64,000 nucleotides of DNA, taken from sequence record MT710307.1; one strand, 5' to 3'. Shown piece after piece: positions 54,628-62,826 of the stretch; within the stretch, counting starts at the first letter, position 1, and each line of letters opens with the position of its first letter. Under the pieces are notes generated by a model that saw only the letters and a program-made list of their open reading frames with translations, was not told the DNA's origin and searched no databases. A program made the position numbers and the translations under genes.

Positions 54628-54726
54628 GATTTTTTCCCGTGGTTGACACACTCTTCTTTTTTCTTGTCGGATAAGCGGCAAAATGCTATGGACGTCACCC
54701 CTTCACTTACATGAGGAACATGCACC

Positions 54727-56532
54727 ATGGTTATCACTGCTACTGCTTCTGACCGTTGTGCATCAATTGGCGCGTTACGCGCGAGCGAACCGGTTTTCCC
54801 TGGGCAACGTATTGATTTGAAAGAATATCGTCAAGGCTCCGGCTTTGGTGGTGGTTTCTTTATTCACGACGACACCGACACGTCTACCCCTGACGATGGC
54901 GGCTATTGTGTTGTCACCCCTAAAGGTGCCCGCTGGAAACGTGCACTGAACTCCCTGCATGAGCTGAATATTTGTCACTTCGGCGCAGAAGGGAACGGAG
55001 TCGATACCGCAGACGCGTTCGCGCGAATGATGGCCTTCTCCCAAAAGAACATTCCGGGTATGGGCGTGCAGTATCCGACCGGTACCTTTAAACTGTCGAA
55101 ATTCACCAACACAAAAGAACTGGGACGCTTCCGTGTCGCCGGTGCTCCGATTGACGCTGACTACGGTTACTTCACGGGCACCACGCTTTACGGTAACAAC
55201 GACCAAGAAGGGTTTATCCTGGATATCGTTGCACGCCGTACGGCTATTTCGAATATCAACTTCGAAGGTGCGGTGGATATCACCGTAGCGACCAACAAGA
55301 AGGTCGCTGGCAAGATGGGCTTCCTGCGCAACACTTGTCCGGGCGGTCAGTACGTCCGCGTCAGTAACTGGACCAGTTCGTTTGTAGGTGGTATCACCTT
55401 TAGCATCCTCGATGCACTGGACACCAAGTTCGACCAGTTCTACGTGTCCAAGCACACCAACACCTTCATCTACGGTCGTTGGTCTGGCCAGACGTGGGGC
55501 GTGTGGGATCACGAGACTGCCATTGAGCTGAGCAACTTTAACATCCAAAGTTGTACTGGCCCACATGCACTTGACCTGCCGCGTGCGACCCAGTCGCAAA
55601 TCACCAACGGTTGGATTGAACACACCGAGAACCCAGGCGACCTGTCTGACGGCCATTGGCTGATTGACAACTTCTCGATTGAAGACTCGGGCAAAATGCT
55701 GATTCAAAACGCACGCCTGACACGTCACCACATCAACCTGCAAGGGACGAGTGGTTTCGATAAAGGCACGGGCGCATCGAATTGGCCGGGTCTGTCTGGT
55801 TACGAGAAAGGTGACCTGCAACTCGAATACCACGGTATTGAAGCAGCGGGTTCTATCGCTGCAAAATACTTTGCACCAATCGGTCGCATGGATAACAACA
55901 AAGGGTCTTCGCAGTGGTTCTATCTGGGCAGCATCCGCACCACCGGTGTGGGTGAGAACGTCAAGATTACCCTGCAAGGTACCCGTGGTTATAACGGCGT
56001 GAATGCCAGCGAAACCCGTCTGGGTGGCGGTGGTAGTGCACACGGTGCAGGCATCATCAGTATCAAAACTGTGTCGTCTAACTACGCTGATGTGCAATGG
56101 GATGGCGAAGGCTCTTGTCCGGTGAAGAACGTGAAGTTCACCAAACCGTTCAAGAACACCTGTCACCTGTTCGTTGAGCTGTTCGACTGGACGCGTTACA
56201 TTTCGCCGAAAGTCGAAGTTACCTCGAAGTCACGCTTTGAAGCCGGTGTTCCATTCGACTTCAACTTCGTGGGTACAACGATTACGCTTGAAGAGATGCA
56301 AGCCATGGCTGATGCACAGACGGTCGCTGCGGGTAACACCGTGACACTGAACGATGCCATCACCGGGATGTATCTGGGTGCCAAAAACGGTATCGGTTGG
56401 AATGGCAACGGTGAACTGCTGTTACGCTTCGCCCTGACCAACGGCTACCTGCCGGTGCGGATTACTGACCCGGTCACTGAACGTGTAACCCAAGGTTACA
56501 TCAAAGTGGAATCGAGCATTCCGAGCAATTGA
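54727..56532 (+). CDS. amsF: AmsF/WceF-like beta-helix EPS-modifying enzyme / tailspike-like depolymerase
   Basis: N-terminal GGGFF..DDGG..RWKR tailspike module; CPGGQY, WDHETAIELSNFN, LPRATQSQITNGWIEHTENPGDLSDGHW match Erwinia AmsF as I recall it. Confidence 0.7.
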   Translation: MVITATASDRCASIGALRASEPVFPGQRIDLKEYRQGSGFGGGFFIHDDTDTSTPDDGGYCVVTPKGARWKRALNSLHELNICHFGAEGNGVDTADAFARMMAFSQKNIPGMGVQYPTGTFKLSKFTNTKELGRFRVAGAPIDADYGYFTGTTLYGNNDQEGFILDIVARRTAISNINFEGAVDITVATNKKVAGKMGFLRNTCPGGQYVRVSNWTSSFVGGITFSILDALDTKFDQFYVSKHTNTFIYGRWSGQTWGVWDHETAIELSNFNIQSCTGPHALDLPRATQSQITNGWIEHTENPGDLSDGHWLIDNFSIEDSGKMLIQNARLTRHHINLQGTSGFDKGTGASNWPGLSGYEKGDLQLEYHGIEAAGSIAAKYFAPIGRMDNNKGSSQWFYLGSIRTTGVGENVKITLQGTRGYNGVNASETRLGGGGSAHGAGIISIKTVSSNYADVQWDGEGSCPVKNVKFTKPFKNTCHLFVELFDWTRYISPKVEVTSKSRFEAGVPFDFNFVGTTITLEEMQAMADAQTVAAGNTVTLNDAITGMYLGAKNGIGWNGNGELLLRFALTNGYLPVRITDPVTERVTQGYIKVESSIPSN

Positions 56533-56537
56533 TTTGT

Positions 56538-56575
56538 GTAGGGCACTTCGGTGCCCTACCTTTCTTTCTTTTTTT
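56538..56575 (+). terminator. Intrinsic terminator (UUCG)
   Basis: GTAGGGCAC-TTCG-GTGCCCTAC plus T-tract. Confidence 0.9.
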
Positions 56576-56668
56576 GTCATGACAAACGGCACCTTTATTA
56601 TGCTGGCAGGGGGTCTACGTTATTGCGGTAACGCGGGCCTTTGTAAACCTTACAACCGAGTTAACGCG

Positions 56669-57463
56669 ATGTCTTTTAAATCCAAACAGAATCTGCTAAA
56701 ACTCATCAACAAAGAGAACAAAATCTCCCCGGAGCTGACGTTCGATGATGTTGATATCTCTCTGCCGGAGGTGGTTTCAGTCGATGGCCGTGATTCGAAG
56801 GTAATTCTGACTTCGAAGTTATCGGGCGACGCGGGTGAGCAAATGGAGGTGTTTTATCACCGCCGTGACTTACCCGACTATATACTGGGCGATGTGACGT
56901 TCGATAGAGAAGATGTGTTCACTACACACGACTTTATTCCTGCGCTTAATCAACGCTACGGCTTGAATCTGCTTCCGGACGACCTGGAAGACTTGCCCGT
57001 CTCAGGCAATGCGCACACTGTTATCGCAGAAGCGCTTTCGCATGAATGGCGTGGGCAGGTTACCCTTAATATCGTCGTTGGGGTGCCGTTAGCCGATGTG
57101 ATACCAAATACGCAGTTGGATGGTTTGCTTTACCCTGACCACCAAGACGTGAGTGTGGGTCAAGCCTCACTCTACTCGTATGACGTTGACGCATCCTCGC
57201 TTAAATCGTGGATTCCTTCACTGCAAGCTGGTAACGCCGACATGGCCGCTTTTGCGAAAGCGTTCTCAACGGTTGTACCGGAACTGTGGGTTGGAACGAA
57301 CGATGCGGTGCCTTACAACCTTCAACAGGCGGGTTACTTGTATTACAAAGAAACCGCCAAAGTGGTCGGTGCGAACCCCGCGTTTAAATACGTCTTAGGG
57401 TTGGAGCTGAGCCCACTGTGTACCAACTTCCAAGGTACGCTGAACCTGTACTTTAACAACTAG
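56669..57463 (+). CDS. Tail/baseplate paralogue 1 (phiKZ gp131-like family)
   Basis: SKQNLLKLINKEN, YHRRDL, LNQRYGL, LDGLLYP, YSY, terminal LYFNN. Confidence 0.7.
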   Translation: MSFKSKQNLLKLINKENKISPELTFDDVDISLPEVVSVDGRDSKVILTSKLSGDAGEQMEVFYHRRDLPDYILGDVTFDREDVFTTHDFIPALNQRYGLNLLPDDLEDLPVSGNAHTVIAEALSHEWRGQVTLNIVVGVPLADVIPNTQLDGLLYPDHQDVSVGQASLYSYDVDASSLKSWIPSLQAGNADMAAFAKAFSTVVPELWVGTNDAVPYNLQQAGYLYYKETAKVVGANPAFKYVLGLELSPLCTNFQGTLNLYFNN

Positions 57464-57472
57464 GGGGTATAA

Positions 57473-58318
57473 GTGTCTATCTACGATAAGCCCTCACGGG
57501 AAATGTTGTTAGAGGCGATTAACCGGGATAATAACCTGACGGGGAGCAAAGCCCTGACATGGAATCAAATTGCGTCCGGTTTTCCCGAGGTCATCCAGTC
57601 AGAAGGCGCGCAACGGAACACCCGCGTTTTACTGTACGGCCTGAACGGACAGGGATATAAAGGCAACGTCACGATCGAATACGACCGTATCGATATGCCG
57701 ACGTTGTTCCGCGGTGTAGTGCCGGTGGTGATTACCGACCCCGTTGGTAAGCTCTCCGAACTGCTGCCGTTTCTGAATGAAAAATATGGACTTTCATTAA
57801 TCCCGGACGATATCGTCGACCAGTCTGTTAAAGACTTAGGCGAAAGCTGGGTATTGGATGTAGAAGTCAAAAACGGCTGTCTGGCATGGCAGGGTGGGTT
57901 CACACTTCGTTTTGCGAAGTTCGTGCCTAACCTCAAGGATGTTGTGACCGATGTTGACCTGAGTGTCATCATTGCTCCGTTTACGCTCGGCCCCAAGCCG
58001 CAAGCGGAATACGTGGCGTACGGTTACGACTGGACAGAAATCAAAACCACCCTCACCACAGATTGGATTTACAACCGCACGTTGACTGCGGCGGATGCCG
58101 ACCTGTTGAATGAAGTGGTGCCTTTGAATTTTGTTAACGTTCCCCCGGCAAATGTGAAGCCCGGACAGATTAACCTGAACGGTGCGCTGTACAAAGGTGT
58201 TGTTGCTGTTGTCCCCAAAGGGAAGTACGACGAGTCGTACAGTCGCGCTGCGATTATTACCCTTGCGAATACCAGCAACTACACTGGCGACATTATCCTT
58301 CACTTCCTACCGGTATAA
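57473..58318 (+). CDS. Tail/baseplate paralogue 2
   Basis: LLEAINRDN, RNT, YDRIDM, LNEKYGL, YGYDWT, ILHF. Confidence 0.7.
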   Translation: MSIYDKPSREMLLEAINRDNNLTGSKALTWNQIASGFPEVIQSEGAQRNTRVLLYGLNGQGYKGNVTIEYDRIDMPTLFRGVVPVVITDPVGKLSELLPFLNEKYGLSLIPDDIVDQSVKDLGESWVLDVEVKNGCLAWQGGFTLRFAKFVPNLKDVVTDVDLSVIIAPFTLGPKPQAEYVAYGYDWTEIKTTLTTDWIYNRTLTAADADLLNEVVPLNFVNVPPANVKPGQINLNGALYKGVVAVVPKGKYDESYSRAAIITLANTSNYTGDIILHFLPV

Positions 58319-58327
58319 GGATACGCC

Positions 58328-59182
58328 ATGCCTATCTTAGCCACAGCGGAACAGCTCATTCTGGCGGAGCTGAATGTCGAGAACAAACTCGACTTAAAAG
58401 AAACTGACGTTGTCTTTGGTGTACCACAGATACCGACAGAGCCGGATGATGTTACTCTTGCCAACGGACACAATGCAATGGTGCGTGTCACTGCGACACC
58501 GCTTGCCAATGCCGTGGGTTACACCAAAGTGTTCTACGACCGTCTTGCCTTCGATGAAATGTTCACCGGACTGGATGGCGTGCAACCGTTGGTGGTACCT
58601 GCCCGTTTGGACACGGTGTTTACCTCGCATGATGTCATCCCGCTGATTAATCAGTATTACGGATTAAAGCTGCGGACGACAGATGTTGAGCGGACAGATA
58701 TCGATCGCACCGCGTGGGTCGTTCGGTTGGTGGCCCATCCTGAGTCTTTAGGGTGGATTGGTGAGTTGGATGTGAAGTTAACGCCGGGTGATGCTTTGAT
58801 CCCGAGTAACTTCGACCCCGACACATTGAATCCGTACTCTTACCCGTATTTCAACACCAGAGTCGGGCAAGGGGCGGTGTACAGCTACCCATGGCGATTT
58901 GACGATTACGCGACGGAGTTACGTAACTTTGGCATTAATGCTACTGATACGTTCCGTACCCGTATGGCGCAAATCATGAAGACTGTGACCGGTGACGGTT
59001 GGATTGTTTACCGTAACCCGATTGAGTATAACCTGAAGGAAGCGGAGATTGTCTACAATGGCAAGAACAGCCCCGCTTATCCGACAAACCCGTCGTACGA
59101 CAACGTGCTGGTCATCAAACTCTCGTTGTATTGCATCAATCTCGGTGGGGAAATGTACATCCACTACAACGACCCTGAATAA
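58328..59182 (+). CDS. Tail/baseplate paralogue 3
   Basis: ILAELNVEN, YDRLAF, INQYYGL, GQGAVYSY, YIHYN. Confidence 0.7.
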   Translation: MPILATAEQLILAELNVENKLDLKETDVVFGVPQIPTEPDDVTLANGHNAMVRVTATPLANAVGYTKVFYDRLAFDEMFTGLDGVQPLVVPARLDTVFTSHDVIPLINQYYGLKLRTTDVERTDIDRTAWVVRLVAHPESLGWIGELDVKLTPGDALIPSNFDPDTLNPYSYPYFNTRVGQGAVYSYPWRFDDYATELRNFGINATDTFRTRMAQIMKTVTGDGWIVYRNPIEYNLKEAEIVYNGKNSPAYPTNPSYDNVLVIKLSLYCINLGGEMYIHYNDPE

Positions 59183-59202
59183 GCCTCCTAAAGGACGTTA
59201 GA

Positions 59203-60117
59203 ATGAAACCTTTAAACAAAACCTCCGACCTTCTGGTTCTGGATCTCATCAACGAGAAAAACCAGCAAGCGAACCTGCCGCTGTCGAAAATCATCCTGAA
59301 CACCCCGGTGGTAAATGACGGTGATGACAAAGCAGACCGCAATACCCGCATGACCGTAAAGGCCCGTAAGAACTCTGGCTACATCGGTACACAGGACGTG
59401 ACGTATGACCGCCTGGACGGTGAAAAGCTGTTCCTGAACGTGACTGCGTATCTGGACGTGAAAGAGCCGAAAACCACGACCGACCTGCTGGCCAAACTGA
59501 ACGAACAGTACGGTCTGAAAATCACCGAAGATGACATCATCGCGGCAACCATCCCAGACGGTACTAACCCACCGCTGACCAACCCGGACGATCCCGATCC
59601 AATCCCGGTTGACCACCTCGTGCAGTTCAAAGACGAGTGCTACGCCTACCTCGGTAACATCCCGGTGAAAATCGGTGCGAAACCACAGGTTGGTGAGCGT
59701 CTGAGTCTCGTTATTACCCAGACTCAGCTGGACGGTCTGAAATACCCAGACCTGCCGCAGGATGGCAAAGGTCAGGCGTACATCTACTCCTACGGCGTAG
59801 ACTGCTCTCCGATCTCCAAATTCCTGAACGCACAGGCTCCGGGTGTGCTGGCGAACGATACCGCCTTTGCGGTTGAGCTGAACAAAGTTGTACCTGAGCT
59901 GTGGATTTCCGAAGACGCCCTGAAGGACTACAACCTGAAAGGTTCTGACGTGAAATACGTAGGCCCGACTGACGACGACGGTACCGCAACCGGTACCGAT
60001 CCGAAGGTGCCAGTCGCAGGTGCTAACCAGAACTACAGCCACGTTATGTTGCTGGAGCTGGACGACACCAAATGCTCTAACTTCACCGGTACCATGTTCT
60101 TGCACTTCAACGCTTAA
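59203..60117 (+). CDS. Tail/baseplate paralogue 4 (highly expressed)
   Basis: VLDLINEKN, RNT, YDRLD, LNEQYGL, LDGLKYP, GQAYIYSY, FLHFNA. Confidence 0.7.
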   Translation: MKPLNKTSDLLVLDLINEKNQQANLPLSKIILNTPVVNDGDDKADRNTRMTVKARKNSGYIGTQDVTYDRLDGEKLFLNVTAYLDVKEPKTTTDLLAKLNEQYGLKITEDDIIAATIPDGTNPPLTNPDDPDPIPVDHLVQFKDECYAYLGNIPVKIGAKPQVGERLSLVITQTQLDGLKYPDLPQDGKGQAYIYSYGVDCSPISKFLNAQAPGVLANDTAFAVELNKVVPELWISEDALKDYNLKGSDVKYVGPTDDDGTATGTDPKVPVAGANQNYSHVMLLELDDTKCSNFTGTMFLHFNA

Positions 60118-60123
60118 CGGCGT

Positions 60124-60167
60124 GCTGGGAGGAGGCCAATCCTCCTCCTAGCTCCGTTTTCTTTTTT
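60124..60167 (+). terminator. Intrinsic terminator
   Basis: GCTGGGAGGAGG-CCAAT-CCTCCTCCTAGC plus T-tract. Confidence 0.75.
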
Positions 60168-60186
60168 ATCTGCCGAGGAGTCTGCT

Positions 60187-61026
60187 ATGGCGATTTATAG
60201 TCAGTCTCAGCGACAATATCTGTACGATGCGATTAACGCGGAGAACCCCGGTGCGATTACACCCGCTGGGTTTGCTAATGCCCTGATTGGGGAACCGCGG
60301 GCGATTACACCGACAGTGAATGGTGGTGCCAATACTGAGATTACCCTGCGGGGACGTCAAGGTCGTGGTTACGTTGGCGGACAAACCTACCGCTACACTC
60401 GCCTGTCGTTGAATGACTTGTTCAAGAACATCGTGCCACAGGTAACATCCCCCAACGCATACGGGTATCTATATACCGAAGCGTCGAAACTGGCGTTCGT
60501 GCAAAACGTGAACGCACGCTACGGGTTAAACCTCGAGCCGGGTGATATTCCTGATGTGTACGTGTATCTGAACCAAAAGAACACCGTGAATGTGTTGAAG
60601 ACCTGCGTGCAATACACCGGAGGGTTTACCTTCCAGTCCGTGCGCGGTAAGAACAGTCTGGAAGAAGCTATTCTGGATGACATCTTAAACGAGATGATGC
60701 ATCCCATCACGACAGCGGATAAGAAACTTTGTGCGACGCTGCTTTCCTACGGGTTTGACTTCACCGATGAGCCGCAGGTTATGCAAGCGTTTGTCAATGG
60801 CCGTATGGATGTCGGTGCAAACTTCACCAGTGGTGCATCTGATAACCTGATTACGCTTTTGACCAGTCGGGGACTTCCGGCGTTCGACTACACGAAAGCC
60901 ACGATTACACGTCTAAAAACGACGGCCGAAAGCCGTGCGAATACTGCCTACGATAATGTGCTTGTTATCACAGGGTACACCGACGGTTCTGTGGGTGGCG
61001 ATTGGCTGCTGCACTACAACAACTAG
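60187..61026 (+). CDS. Tail/baseplate paralogue 5
   Basis: LYDAINAEN, YTRLSL, VNARYGL, LSYGFDFT, LLHYNN. Confidence 0.7.
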   Translation: MAIYSQSQRQYLYDAINAENPGAITPAGFANALIGEPRAITPTVNGGANTEITLRGRQGRGYVGGQTYRYTRLSLNDLFKNIVPQVTSPNAYGYLYTEASKLAFVQNVNARYGLNLEPGDIPDVYVYLNQKNTVNVLKTCVQYTGGFTFQSVRGKNSLEEAILDDILNEMMHPITTADKKLCATLLSYGFDFTDEPQVMQAFVNGRMDVGANFTSGASDNLITLLTSRGLPAFDYTKATITRLKTTAESRANTAYDNVLVITGYTDGSVGGDWLLHYNN

Positions 61027-61035
61027 GAATAAACC

Positions 61036-61923
61036 ATGGCAATTTATCAACCCTCTAAGGATGTTCTGCTGGCGGCGATTAATGCCCAGAACTCCATTAA
61101 GGTGAAGCTCACTGACATTGTGTACAGTGCGCCCAAAGACATCAGCGGGACTGACAAAGGCATCACCACCAACCGTAACACCCAAGTTAAAGTGACAGCG
61201 GATGGCGTGGTGGGTTCGACTTGGTCGGGTAAGAAAAACGTTTACTACAGCCGTCGCAACTTAGCTGACCTGCTTATCCTCTTGGGTGACAGTATCTACA
61301 TCGGTCCGTCAAACAAAACGCTGTTTGCGGCGATTCCGGCGATGAACCTGCGTTACGGGTTTGTGTTTGAAGAAGTCGACTTCGTTGATGCTCCTATCGA
61401 GTGGAACAACGAACTGACCGAAGGCACTGTCCGTCTGCGTGCTAACGCTACATCCCTCGGCTGGTACGGTCAGGCTGACTTCAAAGTCCTGAAAGGCGAC
61501 GAATCGCTGCCGTCGAAAGTAACCACCAATGTCCTGTCTGGTCTGAAATACCCGAACGGTCAGATGGGTTCCGAAGTGGTCAATGCGACCATGGCAGAAG
61601 TCTACTCGTATCCGTTCGACTTCACGCTGTCACACGACAAGCTGATCGCGTTGCCAATTGGCGTTGCAACAGGCGACACTCTGTCTACGCTGGTCAATGT
61701 GATGAACTCGGTTACGGGCGGTGCGTGGGATACCACCAACGGCGCAACGTGGGGTCTGTCAGGTGCCGAGATTCTGTCTATCGGCCCGAACGACGCAACC
61801 ACCATGCCAACCAACAGCAAGTACCAGAAAGTGTTGAGGCTGAAAGTGCCTGCTACCAACACCGCGGTCGTGGGTACCATGTATCTGCAATTCAATAAAC
61901 CTGATGACCCGAACGAGGTGTAA
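61036..61923 (+). CDS. Tail/baseplate paralogue 6
   Basis: LLAAINAQN, RNT, YSRRNL, MNLRYGF, LSGLKYP, YSYPFDFT, YLQFN. Confidence 0.7.
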   Translation: MAIYQPSKDVLLAAINAQNSIKVKLTDIVYSAPKDISGTDKGITTNRNTQVKVTADGVVGSTWSGKKNVYYSRRNLADLLILLGDSIYIGPSNKTLFAAIPAMNLRYGFVFEEVDFVDAPIEWNNELTEGTVRLRANATSLGWYGQADFKVLKGDESLPSKVTTNVLSGLKYPNGQMGSEVVNATMAEVYSYPFDFTLSHDKLIALPIGVATGDTLSTLVNVMNSVTGGAWDTTNGATWGLSGAEILSIGPNDATTMPTNSKYQKVLRLKVPATNTAVVGTMYLQFNKPDDPNEV

Positions 61924-61926
61924 TCC

Positions 61927-62769
61927 ATGTCACTGAACTATGGTAAAATCTCTGACCTTCTGGTCTTCGATTTGATTAACCGCGACAACCCCGGCCTGCC
62001 GTATCCTGTCGATGCAAGCAACGTTATCATCGAGAAGATTACGCAGGTGACCCCAAGTGCTGCTACGAACAACCGTAACACGTCTGCTCGTTTGCGCGGG
62101 CAACAGCAAGCGGGTTTCCGTGACACCATCACGGTGTATTACGATCGTATCAATATCGATCGTATTCTGCCGTGGTGGAAGCTCGGCAGCACCACTCGTA
62201 CCGCCACCGCGATTGTAAACTTCACTGCGGCGACCACACACGAGCTGTTGCCATCGTTTCTCGATAAGTACGGGATTAACCTTCAACCGAAGGATATCCA
62301 AAACACGTCGTTGCCGTATGCAAATAATCCAAACCAAGCGTATAACTACAACATCAGCATTCTCGCCACGTCACCTGCTTATGTCGGTTCGTCAGTGGGT
62401 CGTCTGGATCGTGGTTTACCGGTGTTGGATACGTCGATTACGATTGATGTCTTGTCGGAACTGAACCACCCGATTCCGTTGTCGAATCAGAAGTGTGTGG
62501 ATTTACACACCTACGGTATCGACTTCACGGCGTACAAGAATATGCTGACGGTAAGCGCGGCAGGGTTGCCGAACTGGGCAGGGTTGCGTGCGGTGTTAGA
62601 CTCGTTAGGTGTCCCGGCGTATTCTGCGCCGCTGAACAGTAACTACGTGTCCGACGTTGCAACCAGCACTGCGCAATATGCCAATAAGGATTTTGACCGT
62701 GTGGTGATTCAGACCGGTATTGATGAGGCCGGAGCAAAAGGCGTCGCGTACTACCACTACAACAACTAA
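61927..62769 (+). CDS. Tail/baseplate paralogue 7
   Basis: VFDLINRDN, RNT, YDRINI, LDKYGI, TYGIDFT, YYHYNN. Confidence 0.7.
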   Translation: MSLNYGKISDLLVFDLINRDNPGLPYPVDASNVIIEKITQVTPSAATNNRNTSARLRGQQQAGFRDTITVYYDRINIDRILPWWKLGSTTRTATAIVNFTAATTHELLPSFLDKYGINLQPKDIQNTSLPYANNPNQAYNYNISILATSPAYVGSSVGRLDRGLPVLDTSITIDVLSELNHPIPLSNQKCVDLHTYGIDFTAYKNMLTVSAAGLPNWAGLRAVLDSLGVPAYSAPLNSNYVSDVATSTAQYANKDFDRVVIQTGIDEAGAKGVAYYHYNN

Positions 62770-62773
62770 AACG

Positions 62774-62800
62774 GAAGGGCCGCTTGGCCCTTCTTTTTTT
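62774..62800 (+). terminator. Intrinsic terminator
   Basis: GAAGGGCC-GCTT-GGCCCTTC plus T-tract. Confidence 0.8.
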
Positions 62801-62826
62801 GTTCGCGGTGGTTATTAGGAGCCATT

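Noticed and set aside
54545-54726. tRNA or known riboswitch
   Set aside because: No cloverleaf, no TTCGA T-loop/CCA pattern; I recognised no tRNA anywhere in the window.
54775-56166. 463-aa antisense ORF over amsF-like gene (likewise 59212..60105 and 17340..18254)
   Set aside because: Same shadow-ORF effect from codon bias.
56534-56668. Long N-terminal extensions in the ORF track (56534, 26478, 36473, 35476, 38733, 6481)
   Set aside because: They cross terminators or upstream genes and lack RBSs; downstream ATGs have good Shine-Dalgarno sites.
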